Shown: piece by piece, positions 35,967 to 46,574 of the stretch
Numbering within the stretch: position 1 is the first letter of the stretch
How the letters are laid out: the number at the start of each line of letters is the position of its first letter
Assembly (NCBI GenBank): GCA_965220365.1
Contig: OZ244823.1
Location: 1,300,361-1,364,360, forward strand
Origin: Rhodothermales bacterium
GTDB taxonomy: Bacteria; Bacteroidota; Rhodothermia; Rhodothermales; Bin80
Length of the DNA stretch: 64,000 nucleotides
Direction: 5' to 3'
Translations under genes and position numbers: made by a program
The notes under the pieces: model-generated
Database searches by the model: none
The model's input: the letters and a program-made list of their open reading frames with translations, nothing else
What the model was told of the DNA's origin: nothing

Positions 35967-36317
35967 CTAGGCTGGGCTAGCGTCAATAGCTGCAATACGA
36001 TCTTTTACTACGGGAATGATGGTATCAAATCCGCTGATACTAAATATTTCCCGGATACTGTCACGCATGCTGCAAAGGACAAGCTTCCCCTGATTTGATC
36101 GAATACTTTTTGCTCCGATCAGTAATACGCGCATGCCAGAACTGCTGATAAACGATAGCTTGGTAAAGTCAACAACAATATGCATCTCTCCATCGTCGAT
36201 GCGGTCCTTGATCATGCGCTCAAATAGGGGAGCGTTAGAACTATCAACACGTCCCACTGGGGTCAGTATGAGTACATCTCCTTCGTGCTCTTCAAGCACT
36301 TCAATATTATTAGCCAC
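35967..36317 (-). CDS. STAS-domain anti-sigma-factor antagonist
   Basis: 116 aa with ...VDFTKLSFISSSGMRVLL... (STAS serine motif). Confidence 0.85.
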   Translation of the reverse strand: MANNIEVLEEHEGDVLILTPVGRVDSSNAPLFERMIKDRIDDGEMHIVVDFTKLSFISSSGMRVLLIGAKSIRSNQGKLVLCSMRDSIREIFSISGFDTIIPVVKDRIAAIDASPA

Positions 36318-36388
36318 TGTTGGTCCCTCCGTAAATTTTTTGGTTAGTCAGCATTACAATGTCTCAGGAATCTGAGAATTTCCAGGCA

Positions 36389-36811
36389 CTAAGTTAAGTT
36401 ATACTCCAGAATCAGGCGGTTGATGCCATCAACAAACTCATAGGAGAAGTTATCCGCCTGAGTTTTTACGAGATGGATTCCAAGCCCGCCAATTGGCCGA
36501 GCATCCAGTTCACTCGTCAGATCAGGATCGGTGTCTTCTGTGGGGTCAAACTTGCCACCATTCGATTCAACCACTACGTGCACACGATTATCGCGAATAC
36601 TGAGATCAATGGCAATTTCTGGCTCAACACCCTCTTCAAATGCACCGTGTACAAGTGTGTTGGTAACGAGTTCTTCCAGAGCAAGATTTACAATAAAGAT
36701 AGTCCTATGAGGAAGGTCATTCGTCTCACCGAAGGTTTCTACCATTGCGGCAAGATCGCGCAACTCTGATACACGTGCAGCAACCTGGACATGAAAATCG
36801 GTCGCAATCAT
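36389..36811 (-). CDS. Anti-sigma regulatory factor / serine kinase (RsbW/SpoIIAB-like HATPase)
   Basis: The ATG at 36811 overlaps the upstream gene stop (ATGA). It has LALEELVTNTLVHG (N-box-like) and PIGGLGIHLVK (G-box). The ORF-track start at 36859 is probably too far upstream. Confidence 0.8.
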   Translation of the reverse strand: MIATDFHVQVAARVSELRDLAAMVETFGETNDLPHRTIFIVNLALEELVTNTLVHGAFEEGVEPEIAIDLSIRDNRVHVVVESNGGKFDPTEDTDPDLTSELDARPIGGLGIHLVKTQADNFSYEFVDGINRLILEYNLT

Positions 36812-39375
36812 GTTGTTTCTGTTTTTTTTGAAATGGTTTTTCTGTGAAGCACTAAACAAGTTCGATCATCTGCAGCTGCGGTCCCGTGGGAAAATTTATT
36901 GATATCATCCCATACATGGTTCATGATCTCTGTGGGGCCGGAATTTGGAGCATCATCTAAAGATAGCTCAAGCCGGGTTTTCCCATAAATCTCTCCAGCA
37001 AGGTTAACCATGTCCGTCAGGCCATCCGTGTAGCAGAATAAAATTTCCCCGGGCTGCATTTGAATCACGCTCGAGTTATAGTCGATTCCGTCCATTACTC
37101 CCATGGCAATCCCTCCAGTTCCAGATACGGTCGAACGCTGTGATTTGTTCAGTAGATAGGGAGGTTCATGACCTGCAGAAACATAGGTCACTTCTCCAGT
37201 ATCTAGATCCACCTTAGCCACAAGCACGGTCACGAAGAGTCCCATTGGGTTTTGCTGGCAGAGCCGGTTGTTTGCATTCTGGCAAATCTGGGCTACATCT
37301 TTACTTTCGCTGGTTGCAAACCGAATTGCTGCCTGTGAAGCCGCCATGAAAAGAGCAGCAGCCACTCCTTTTCCAGATACATCTCCGACCACGCAGATTA
37401 GGGAGTTCCCATCTTCAAAGAAATCCACAAAATCCCCGCCGACCTGCAATGCAGGCTCCATCCGCGCAGAAGCGCTGAAGTTGTGGAGATCCACACTTCC
37501 GTCTCTCACTAGGGCGGCTTGCACAACCATTGCCATTTCTAGGTCTTGATTGATGGCTTCTTGGGCGAGTCGGAGTTCATTATTCGCAGAGACAAGTTCA
37601 GAGGTGCGCTCAGCTACTAGAGTTTCGAGCACTTCTTCACGACTGAAGACCTGGACCGTCATGTCCTGGAAGACCCGAGCCAAAGACCCAATCTCGTCCG
37701 CACGATCCAGAACGTTTCCAAGCAGCTCTTCATCAGGTTGTTCACCGCTCTCAACAAAACGTGCAGATTCCGCAATTTTTTCAATGGGACGCGTAATTAG
37801 GCGTGCTCCGACAAAGCTGCCAATTGCAGTAAATACCAACAGTAGTAGCGTGACAAGCAGTCCCTGGCGGATACCACTCCAGATATCGGCCGCGGTATCG
37901 TCCAGATTAATGAAAGCTAAGACAGTGCCGATCCGATTTTCTCCAATTGCAACGGGTGAGGCAACCCAGAGCCCTCGTTGATCACGATCAATTAGCCCAA
38001 GTCGTGCGGCACTACTGGAGCGGCCACTTTCGGTGGCGGCTTCAATGACCTGGATGGCAGTACTTGAACGCAGATCATAGGGATTACGCCAAGCTCCCTC
38101 CATTTCGGTTATATCATTTGTCTCGGAGTATTCGGCTGCCGCTGCCGTATTGCCGTCCGAATCAATAAACCAAAGTGCTTCGGGACGCCCTTCGCTAACA
38201 AGTACCTCCGCCTGCTCCTGATACACAGTATTCAAGATGCTGGCACTATTTCCTCGGACAAGCGGAAGACCGACCTGAACTATGTATGGACTATTGGGAC
38301 GAGCAACGGTGACGTACTTGTACTGTGACGAATCGCCACGATGGATTTTTGCTCCGCTGTGGTCCACCCATTGATGCGTCAATAAATCGTCCAGTTCCTC
38401 TTGATATTCAAGAGAAATCAGTCGTGATCCACCAGAGATATTTTCGGAAAACAATACCTGGCTTTCACGGTCAGCTATCGTGATTTCGCCGATGGCAGTG
38501 TGCTGTATAATTCTACGTAAGTTTTCTTCCAGAGCATCAACACCGCGACTTGCAGCGATAGAAGCAACGACAAAGTGATCAAGAATGACACCGACTACCC
38601 GCATATTGGCGGATAGATTACCCTCAATTACGGCAGATACGTCAGCAGTTTCATCTGCATGTGTCTGACTGAGCAACTCATCGTTGCCGAAATCCAATAA
38701 ATTTCCGACCTGTACGATTCGTTCGTGGTCTACGCCGTTGGTGCCGACATATTTATACACAGCTCGATCTACTTCACGCACTTGGGCGGGTTGCGTAACA
38801 ACACCAAATGAATCAGGTGGTATGCTCAATAGAGAGTAGAACTTGTATGCCTGCGGTTGTTCAACCGGACTTTCTGCGAATCGGAAAGGGATCAGAGCGC
38901 CATCTGGCCCGCGAACATTGGTGAGGTAGGACAGGGCTTCCCTGTCGGTAATCCAGAATTCATCCAATACCGTTTCCTCGGTAATGGAGGTCAAAATTTG
39001 AATCACGTAGGAGGTATCGTAATTGGCTTCAGCGGCAGAACTGACTAGAAAAGCAGCCACAAATGCTTGGGCGGTCATCGGTGCGTTCAGGGACGCATCG
39101 GCCGTCCGTGCCACGCTTGCAATAGAAATTTCGCCAATATCTGCAAAAACTTCGGAGTATTGGGTTGCATTCTTTTCTGCAGTGCTACGGGCTTCTTCTC
39201 GAACCCCGTTCATATAGTTAGTAATGTATGTCGCCGATAAAGCCAAACCAGTGATCACAAGCAATCCCACATTCGCAATAAAAATCACCGTGGCTAGGCG
39301 ATTCACTCGTGGAATGAATGGTCGGCTCAGTTTACCGAGAAACGAAAGGATATTAGAGCTTGAGATTTGATCCAT
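36808..39375 (-). CDS. Membrane sensor with large periplasmic domain, HAMP domain and C-terminal PP2C/SpoIIE phosphatase (RsbU-like)
   Basis: 855 aa with two TM segments flanking a ~480-aa extracytoplasmic region. The HAMP region is RLITRPIEKIAESARFV...IGSLARVFQDM. The SpoIIE motifs are GGDFVDFF, VGDVSGKGVAAALFMA and YTDGLTD. Confidence 0.85.
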   Translation of the reverse strand: MDQISSSNILSFLGKLSRPFIPRVNRLATVIFIANVGLLVITGLALSATYITNYMNGVREEARSTAEKNATQYSEVFADIGEISIASVARTADASLNAPMTAQAFVAAFLVSSAAEANYDTSYVIQILTSITEETVLDEFWITDREALSYLTNVRGPDGALIPFRFAESPVEQPQAYKFYSLLSIPPDSFGVVTQPAQVREVDRAVYKYVGTNGVDHERIVQVGNLLDFGNDELLSQTHADETADVSAVIEGNLSANMRVVGVILDHFVVASIAASRGVDALEENLRRIIQHTAIGEITIADRESQVLFSENISGGSRLISLEYQEELDDLLTHQWVDHSGAKIHRGDSSQYKYVTVARPNSPYIVQVGLPLVRGNSASILNTVYQEQAEVLVSEGRPEALWFIDSDGNTAAAAEYSETNDITEMEGAWRNPYDLRSSTAIQVIEAATESGRSSSAARLGLIDRDQRGLWVASPVAIGENRIGTVLAFINLDDTAADIWSGIRQGLLVTLLLLVFTAIGSFVGARLITRPIEKIAESARFVESGEQPDEELLGNVLDRADEIGSLARVFQDMTVQVFSREEVLETLVAERTSELVSANNELRLAQEAINQDLEMAMVVQAALVRDGSVDLHNFSASARMEPALQVGGDFVDFFEDGNSLICVVGDVSGKGVAAALFMAASQAAIRFATSESKDVAQICQNANNRLCQQNPMGLFVTVLVAKVDLDTGEVTYVSAGHEPPYLLNKSQRSTVSGTGGIAMGVMDGIDYNSSVIQMQPGEILFCYTDGLTDMVNLAGEIYGKTRLELSLDDAPNSGPTEIMNHVWDDINKFSHGTAAADDRTCLVLHRKTISKKTETT

Positions 39376-40003
39376 AAATCACTCAACTTGCTGCTGAAGT
39401 CTGCGCCCAATAAAGGTAAGGAAATGTTTTATTGAAAAAAATCTAGGGGAATATAGGGAGAAAATACCCAGATTAGCTTATTTAACGACTTCCTAATGTT
39501 TGGAAGCGAACAAATCTTAAATCGGTGACAATCCAAAATTTCGCCGGAGGGAGGTGCACACAACAATTTTGCTACGCAGTCCGCTTCTACTCTTCATCGG
39601 CGCAGTGTATCATAGGAAGTTCGTCTATACCTGCACCGACGGGTCGGCAGTTGGAGATGGACTTGAATCAGCTGCGGTAGGGGCGAATTTGCTCTCGAGA
39701 GATTCATCAATCCAAGGTGCATTTTGCATTCATGAGGGTATGGTTTCAGAGGGGCCTTCCTACATATTTTCACTGTTGTACAGCTTCGAGTCGGTGGCCC
39801 GACAGGCTGAATTCAAGAATTATACTGTACTGCAATTATAAACCACGCGTTCAATACTCACGAAGGACACGAAATATGTCCTAAAGTTGACGGTTGGATT
39901 CTGCTCCTTCGGATAAATGAAAGTTAGAGGGTGTGTTCTCCGAAGGACCGCCCGAGATAGACAGGGGTTTCCCATCTTCTAGCAGGACTTCCATCCATTT
40001 CGC

Positions 40004-40942
40004 CTAATGCAGGGTCCTACGCTTATTCAAGTACGCTACAAGTGCTTTGTCGTACGTAATGCCTGTATCAAGTTCAACGTAATCAATGGCGTGTTTTAGG
40101 CATTGACGTTTGAGCATCTCGGTAAGTGAATTCATACGCTTTATGTAGGCCTCACGCAACTGTCCGGGGTGAAGAGAGAGTTCTGAGCCGGATTCCATGT
40201 CTTCTAGAATCATGGGGTGGTCGGGAAGATTAAACAATTTTTCGGTTTCTCTTTCAAGTATGCGAAAGATGAGCACCTCGTGCCCCCTGTGGCGCAAGTG
40301 TCTCAATGCACGGACGATATTTTCCTGAGAGTCAGATTCTTCAATCAGATCTGAAATCACAACAATCAGGGATCGTCGCCGAACCCGTTCTGCAACTTGA
40401 TGAAGCGCACGTGCGGTTCCGGTATAGGTCTCTGTGCTTCTGGTTTTTACTAGGCGTTCCAGATGTAACAGAATTTCTCGTAAATAGCGCATCGTACTTC
40501 TCGGCCTGAGAAACGTCCGAAGTTCAGAGTCAAAGGATAAAAGTCCCGTCGCATCTCGTTGCAGGATCATCAGAAAATGTAATGCTGCCGCCAGATATGC
40601 CCCATATTCCAGCTTTGACAACTGCCCAGTGTGGCGGTACTGCATGGAAGCTGATGTGTCCAGAACGACGTAGTGATGCAGATTGGTTTCCTCCTCGTAT
40701 TGCTTAACATAGTGACGGTCTGTTTTTGCATAGACCTTCCAGTCCACATGCCTCAACTCATCTCCCGGATTATAAAGTCGGTGTTCTGCGAACTCAACCG
40801 AGAATCCGTGGTAAGGGCTCTTATGCAGGCCAGTAATAAATCCTTCAACAACTAGGCGGGCTCGCATCTCCATGTTCTTTAGCCGGGAGACCGTGACAGG
40901 GTCCAAGTATTTGAGTGAGTTGACTGAATTAGTATTTTCCAT
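40004..40942 (-). CDS. DUF58-domain protein (vWA-like; usually MoxR-associated)
   Basis: 312 aa with G..KSPYHGFSVEFAEHRLYNPGDELRHVDWKVYAKTDRHYVKQYEEE, the DUF58 signature. Confidence 0.8.
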   Translation of the reverse strand: MENTNSVNSLKYLDPVTVSRLKNMEMRARLVVEGFITGLHKSPYHGFSVEFAEHRLYNPGDELRHVDWKVYAKTDRHYVKQYEEETNLHHYVVLDTSASMQYRHTGQLSKLEYGAYLAAALHFLMILQRDATGLLSFDSELRTFLRPRSTMRYLREILLHLERLVKTRSTETYTGTARALHQVAERVRRRSLIVVISDLIEESDSQENIVRALRHLRHRGHEVLIFRILERETEKLFNLPDHPMILEDMESGSELSLHPGQLREAYIKRMNSLTEMLKRQCLKHAIDYVELDTGITYDKALVAYLNKRRTLH

Positions 40943-40988
40943 CGGGTGAAGACGTTGAAAGATGCATGTCAGTGCTTAGATTATACGC

Positions 40989-41546
40989 ATGAAAGCTTCA
41001 GATATCGTCAAAGCGCGTTTGATGGACGCGCAAGATGTACAGCGGACAATCATCCGGCTGGCTAGAGAGGTAATTGAATCGTGGGATCCCGATAGCGGGA
41101 TTGCAATCATTGGTCTGCATCGGCGTGGTGTCTATCTTGCATCAAGGCTACAGGCACTTATACGTGACCTAGAGGGTGTAATAGTTCCTACCGGGACACT
41201 GGATGTAACGATGTATCGCGATGATTTTCGTAAGAGGCCCCGCATGGCACAAATGCGAACGACCGATATTCCGTTTGACGTAGGGAACCAACACCTGGTT
41301 TTAGTGGATGATGTATTGTACACCGGACGTACCGTACGCGCAGCGATGGATGCAATCACAGATTTAGGGAGGCCATCGAGAATACAATTTCTCACGCTTA
41401 TTGATCGAGGGCATTACGAGTTGCCTATTCGTGCAGATATGGTTGGGCGTGTTGTCCCCACGATTTTCAGGGAAGAGGTGCGTGTACAGTTTCGTGAAGT
41501 CGATGATCGTGATGGTGTCTGGTTAGTTGAACGGGGGGAAGACTGA
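40989..41546 (+). CDS. pyrR: Bifunctional pyrimidine operon regulator / uracil phosphoribosyltransferase PyrR
   Basis: 185 aa with the PRTase motif [19 protein letters not shown], the PyrR N-terminal pattern, and position directly upstream of pyrB. Confidence 0.85.
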   Translation: MKASDIVKARLMDAQDVQRTIIRLAREVIESWDPDSGIAIIGLHRRGVYLASRLQALIRDLEGVIVPTGTLDVTMYRDDFRKRPRMAQMRTTDIPFDVGNQHLVLVDDVLYTGRTVRAAMDAITDLGRPSRIQFLTLIDRGHYELPIRADMVGRVVPTIFREEVRVQFREVDDRDGVWLVERGED

Positions 41547-42496
41547 TGGAAGGTGCAAGCTCACAAATCGATTCAAAGATTCTCCAGCATAAGCATCTAC
41601 TTGGCCTATCAACGTACAGTGCCGGCGAAATATATCTGATCCTTGAGACAGCGAAAGAGTTCCGTCAGGTCTTGGAACGCCCGATCAAGCGGGTTCCGAC
41701 CTTGCGCGGATTCACGATTGCAAACCTGTTTTTTGAGCCATCTACACGAACGCGTATCTCTTTTGAACTCGCTGCGAAACGGCTATCTGCAGATCTGGTC
41801 AACTTTGGCGGATCAGGATCCAGTTTGTCCAAAGGCGAGACCTTACGTGATACAGCTCAAAATATTGAGGCGATGAAGGTAGATATGGCAGTGATTCGCC
41901 ATAATTCACCTGGCGCAGCCCATTTTCTTACACGTTGTATCCAGGGATGTGTCATCAATGCAGGGGATGGAGCTCATGAGCACCCGACTCAGGCGCTTCT
42001 TGACTTGCTGACAATTTCAGAGCACTATGAGTCCTTTTCGAATCTGCGTGTATCAATCATCGGGGATATTGCACATAGCCGTGTTGCACGATCAAATATT
42101 TTTGCACTCACGACACTGGGTGCCCACGTCACAGTCTGTGGCCCTCAGACCCTCATGCCCGTTCATATAGACAAATTGGGAGTTAGAGTCGTACATCATC
42201 TCGACGACGCACTCCAAGACTGTGATGTAGCGATAACACTGCGTATGCAGCGTGAAAGATTTGGGGCGAGTCTAGTCCCGTCTCTGCGCGAATATCATGC
42301 CCTTTATGGGCTAAGGGCAGATCATATGGACCGGAGTCCGAATATGATCGTGCTACACCCGGGTCCGGTAAATCGAGGAGTTGAGTTAGATGATGAAGTT
42401 GTAGAGCATGAACGGGCTGTGATCCTTGATCAGGTCACGAACGGTGTTGCCGTACGAATGGCTGTCATTTATCTACTTGCCTCTAGTGCGAAGTGA
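41546..42496 (+). CDS. pyrB: Aspartate carbamoyltransferase catalytic subunit
   Basis: 316 aa with the motifs [21 protein letters not shown] and HPGP. Its start overlaps the pyrR stop (TGATG). Confidence 0.9.
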   Translation: MEGASSQIDSKILQHKHLLGLSTYSAGEIYLILETAKEFRQVLERPIKRVPTLRGFTIANLFFEPSTRTRISFELAAKRLSADLVNFGGSGSSLSKGETLRDTAQNIEAMKVDMAVIRHNSPGAAHFLTRCIQGCVINAGDGAHEHPTQALLDLLTISEHYESFSNLRVSIIGDIAHSRVARSNIFALTTLGAHVTVCGPQTLMPVHIDKLGVRVVHHLDDALQDCDVAITLRMQRERFGASLVPSLREYHALYGLRADHMDRSPNMIVLHPGPVNRGVELDDEVVEHERAVILDQVTNGVAVRMAVIYLLASSAK

Positions 42497-42626
42497 TGAA
42501 TTAGGACGGATATATGGGGCGCCCAGCGTATTCATGTTCTCTTTTGCCGCCACGCGTTGTGTTATCTTGATGAGTAGAAAGATCAGCTATTCTGGACATC
42601 CCTGACAAGAAGCCCGATTCAACACC

Positions 42627-42896
42627 ATGGTAGCAGATGACGAGTCAGCGCCGTGGATACGGCTCAGTCCAGAGGGTGTGACTCAGAGTGAGTGGCTGAT
42701 TGTTGAAGCTTTAGCCGGGGATGCTGTGCTGGTGTTACCTCCGGTATGGTTGTTGCGTCTGGCTGTTGAAAAGTTTGAATCGGGAATGTTGCTGCCAATG
42801 ATGGTCAAAATCATGCCTGTTCACCGGGAAAGAGCTTATGGTATCCTAGATGAAGAGGAGAATATGGTAGCGGTAGGGAAGATTGGTCACCCATGA
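42627..42896 (+). CDS. Hypothetical protein (89 aa)
   Basis: ORF only; no motif recognised. Confidence 0.3.
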   Translation: MVADDESAPWIRLSPEGVTQSEWLIVEALAGDAVLVLPPVWLLRLAVEKFESGMLLPMMVKIMPVHRERAYGILDEEENMVAVGKIGHP

Positions 42897-42909
42897 TCCT
42901 GGCTCCAAA

Positions 42910-45282
42910 ATGATTGATCTGCACAAGATCCCGATCTTGCTGGTAATCATAGGTCTTGGTCTATGCCTGCCAGTTGTGTCTGCTCAGGAGAGCCCCATTA
43001 CGGTTAGTGGAACCGTAACAGATTTTGAAACCGGAGAGCTGGTCGTCGGAGCGGCGTTGTATGTGCCTGCTCAAGACATAGGAGTCACGACCAATCAATA
43101 CGGCTATTACAGCCTGACACTGCTTGGTGACAGCGTAAGCATGGTCGTCAGTCACGTCGCATACACCACACAACGGTTGACCTATTCGTCTCAGGAGGAC
43201 CTTGTCCTGGACATCTCGCTTGTACCTGCTACACTATCTCTGGAGGAACTGGAAGTAACTGCACCTGCCGAATCTGCACTGCAGACAACACAGATGAGTG
43301 GAATAACGATCCCGGTCCAAGATGTTGAGAATCTTCCATCGCTCCTGGGGGAGTCGGATGTTTTACGTATCATCCAACTTCTGCCTGGAGTTCAGTCCGG
43401 CGTAGAGGGTTCAACGGGTCTTTACGTGCGCGGGGGAGGACCAGACCAGAATCTATATCTCCTCGACGGGACCCAAGTCTATAATCCGAGTCACCTATTT
43501 GGATTTTTGGGCACGTTCAACTCCGATGCCATCAAGGATGTCCGTGTGCTCAAGGGGGGATTCCCGGCACGTTACGGTGGGCGACTATCTTCAGTGATTG
43601 ATATCACCATGAAAGAGGGGAATATGAAGCGGTTTTCAGGAACGGGGGGCATTGGACTTCTGGCATCCCGCATGACACTTGAGGGGCCAATAAAGCGTGA
43701 TCGTGCCTCTTTTTTAATCTCCGCACGTCGATCCTATGCCGACCTAGTCGTCCGCCCCTTCCTCAATCGCGATGAAGAAGACTTTGGGTACTATTTCTAT
43801 GATTTTAATGTAAAGACCAACGTGATTCTCTCAGCTAATGACCGAATTTATTTAAGCGGCTATGCAGGGAGTGATCGTCTGTACTCTTATTACAAGTATG
43901 AAGGGAGTGACGATGAGGATCGAAGCGGGTTAAGCTGGAGCAATCTGACGGCGACCATCCGATGGAATCACATCTTCGGAGCACGACTGTTTTCAAATGT
44001 TTTGGTAGGCTATACCGATTACGCGCTGCTTGCTGACAGCGAATACCGATACGATATAGGGGAAACCTACTCTTCTCAATATAAAGACTCGTACGAGTCT
44101 GGCATTCGCGATCTGCATGCACGTGTGAACTTGGAATTTATCCCGAGTGCCAATCACAGTATCCGTTTCGGGGTGGGCGCACTGCAGCATTACTTCCTCA
44201 CGGGTGCCTATGAGGAGATCTTCAGGGTTGGTGGTACCATCAGGGATTCGACATCTTCCTCAAATCGCCGCTTCCGGGCGGGAGAGTTCCAGGCGTATAT
44301 CGAAGATGATTGGCGTCTTAGTTCTCGGATCCGTTTGAATACTGGCGTGCATGCATCGAGCTTCTTGATTGAAGAGCGAAGCTATGTTTCAATAGAACCT
44401 CGGATTGCAGCGCTGTGGCGTTTGAGTGCACAAACCAGTCTGAAAGCCTCTCTGGCATACATGCAACAGTATATTCATCTGTTAGCAACGACCAGTGGAT
44501 TGTCTCTGCCTACAGACCTATGGGTCCCTGCAACGGCAAAAGTCCTGCCTCAAAAATCATGGCAGGTTGCAGGGGGAGCTGTTCAGGTACTCGGGGACGG
44601 AAAGTTCGAACTATCATTGGAAGGATATTACAAGAAGATGGATAACCTGATCGAATATGAAGATGGTGCCAATTATTTCGATGCCACCTATGGGATCTGG
44701 GAAGATCGTGTGGTGTCGGGGTATGGCGTTGCTTATGGTGGAGAGGTCTTTTTTCGGAAGCGATCAGGGCGAACGACAGGCTGGATCGGTTATACTTTAT
44801 CTTGGAGTCGCCGGAAGTTCGATGAAATTAATGATGGCCGTTGGTTCCCGTACCGTTATGACCGCCGTCATGATGTCGCGCTGGTAATCAGCCACAAACT
44901 CAACGCCCGGTTTGATATCAGTGGAACATGGGTTTATGGTACAGGTCAGGCGGTTACGCTGCCGGTCGGACATCTTGTTGCTGAATCTTCCGCTCCGACT
45001 GTTTTTCCATTGACAAGAGGTGAGGGGACGGCACTGTATCGTGTGCAGAGCCCCCGCAACGGCGCACGGATGCCAGCCTATCATCGGCTGGACATTGGGA
45101 TGCGTATTCATCGAACAATGACACGCGTAAAGCGCACTCTGACCTTGGGCACCCATAACACGTACAGCCGAAGGAATGCGATAAGTATTTTTGCTGATCG
45201 TGATGATAATGGTGATGTGATCTTCAAGAAGTTTTCGATACTCCCAATCGTGCCTTCCATCAGCTATCAGTTGTCTTTCTAG
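42910..45282 (+). CDS. TonB-dependent outer-membrane receptor with N-terminal CarboxypepD_reg-like domain (copy 1)
   Basis: The ATG at 42910 gives the signal peptide MIDLHKIPILLVIIGLGLCLPVVSAQE. The protein has VSGTVTDFETGELVVGAALYV...TNQYGYYSL (CarboxypepD_reg), a plug region (LPGVQSG..GSTGLYVRGGGPDQNLYLLDG) and a C-terminal ...SISYQLSF. Confidence 0.85.
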   Translation: MIDLHKIPILLVIIGLGLCLPVVSAQESPITVSGTVTDFETGELVVGAALYVPAQDIGVTTNQYGYYSLTLLGDSVSMVVSHVAYTTQRLTYSSQEDLVLDISLVPATLSLEELEVTAPAESALQTTQMSGITIPVQDVENLPSLLGESDVLRIIQLLPGVQSGVEGSTGLYVRGGGPDQNLYLLDGTQVYNPSHLFGFLGTFNSDAIKDVRVLKGGFPARYGGRLSSVIDITMKEGNMKRFSGTGGIGLLASRMTLEGPIKRDRASFLISARRSYADLVVRPFLNRDEEDFGYYFYDFNVKTNVILSANDRIYLSGYAGSDRLYSYYKYEGSDDEDRSGLSWSNLTATIRWNHIFGARLFSNVLVGYTDYALLADSEYRYDIGETYSSQYKDSYESGIRDLHARVNLEFIPSANHSIRFGVGALQHYFLTGAYEEIFRVGGTIRDSTSSSNRRFRAGEFQAYIEDDWRLSSRIRLNTGVHASSFLIEERSYVSIEPRIAALWRLSAQTSLKASLAYMQQYIHLLATTSGLSLPTDLWVPATAKVLPQKSWQVAGGAVQVLGDGKFELSLEGYYKKMDNLIEYEDGANYFDATYGIWEDRVVSGYGVAYGGEVFFRKRSGRTTGWIGYTLSWSRRKFDEINDGRWFPYRYDRRHDVALVISHKLNARFDISGTWVYGTGQAVTLPVGHLVAESSAPTVFPLTRGEGTALYRVQSPRNGARMPAYHRLDIGMRIHRTMTRVKRTLTLGTHNTYSRRNAISIFADRDDNGDVIFKKFSILPIVPSISYQLSF

Positions 45283-45403
45283 CTATGTCAAAATACAAAG
45301 TGCTGCTTTCTGAGATAATATTGGCGGTTAGTTGCTTCAGGCAAGAAAAAGGCTCCTTTACCTTCTTTGGCGGACTCGGACCCAATTTAGCAGAAAATCA
45401 AAG

Positions 45404-46354
45404 ATGACCTCTTTCCGATTAATCTGGCCGATTGTGGTGAGTATGGTCCTGTTGTCGGCCTGTGAAACGGTGATCGAAGTTGATCCGCCGGATTACGATT
45501 CCGAACTCGCCATCATCAGTAAATTCTCTCCAGATTCGGTCTGGTCAGCACGAGTCACAAAAACTCTTCCGATCGGGAGTTTGCGTGATACATCCGACGC
45601 GTTTTTAGCCGATGCTACGGTAATGGTATACAGGAGAGAGACGCTTGTTGCCCGATTGGTCCATGATGGAGGAGAGGATGGCTGGTATGTCTCATCACAG
45701 TTACGCAAGCCGAAAGCAAATGTCTCCTACCGCATCGTAGTCGAAGCTCCAGGACTTCGTCCCATATCTGCCATTTCGATGGCCCCTACACCTCCAATCA
45801 TTCCGGATGCAGGGATCTCGAGACTGGACGCTACTGACATTTTCGGGGGTTCAGGGTATGTAGTCAGTTTTAGTTTGGAGAATCGCCCGGGTCTCAACTA
45901 TTACAGTTTTGGCATTTTTCTTGGATTCCCTGAGGAGAGTTTTCTGGGCAGGACAACATATTCGGTTTATGGTCTACCCATGCGGCATGACAGTCCACGC
46001 TGGTTCTGTTCATTTAGCGATGTCCTGAACCCCGTATCCGTAGCGTTTGGCGATAACTTTGATTGTATCCTTGGAGTCTTTTCTGATCGTTTTGTCGATG
46101 ATCCAGTCCTTGATTTTGATATCAAGGTGCAAATATCACCAGACCTGGGAGATCTTGAGGAAGCGACTCTGATCCTCTTCGTTACAGCCTTGAGTCCTGA
46201 ATATGTGGAATACCATAGCTCAATTGAAGAACAGGAGGATTTCGACGGATTTGGAGAGCCGGCCAATGTATATACAAACCTTGAAGGCGGGCGCGGCATC
46301 TTCGCCGGTTATTCCTCAAGTCATCGTCTTTTCGATCTAACAGTGATTGAGTAA
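45404..46354 (+). CDS. DUF4249-family lipoprotein (copy 1)
   Basis: The ATG at 45404 gives MTSFRLIWPIVVSMVLLSAC (lipobox). The C-terminal NLEGGRGIFAGYSS motif is typical of DUF4249. It lies immediately downstream of a CarboxypepD_reg TBDR. Confidence 0.7.
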   Translation: MTSFRLIWPIVVSMVLLSACETVIEVDPPDYDSELAIISKFSPDSVWSARVTKTLPIGSLRDTSDAFLADATVMVYRRETLVARLVHDGGEDGWYVSSQLRKPKANVSYRIVVEAPGLRPISAISMAPTPPIIPDAGISRLDATDIFGGSGYVVSFSLENRPGLNYYSFGIFLGFPEESFLGRTTYSVYGLPMRHDSPRWFCSFSDVLNPVSVAFGDNFDCILGVFSDRFVDDPVLDFDIKVQISPDLGDLEEATLILFVTALSPEYVEYHSSIEEQEDFDGFGEPANVYTNLEGGRGIFAGYSSSHRLFDLTVIE

Positions 46355-46574
46355 TCGGTGAGAGGCCCATAAGCGCAAACTTGTTTAAATAGTTCTGCTG
46401 GAATTTACGAGGAACCCAGATCCATCGAACTTTTGTATAGTCTGCGCATCGCTCACGTTTTGCACCTTCTTCTAGAAGCAGGCAGAATAGCGTGAAACAT
46501 TCACTTGAAAAATTCGGTCAACAAATGCAATATATTGCCCTCCGGTTTTTTCTCATTTCTTCATCTCACGGATC

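Noticed and set aside
39905-39947. A 9-bp inverted repeat (tccttcgga ... tccgaagga) downstream of the DUF58 gene, considered as a terminator.
   Set aside because: The loop is about 25 nt and no U-tract follows on the relevant strand. It is too weak to call.
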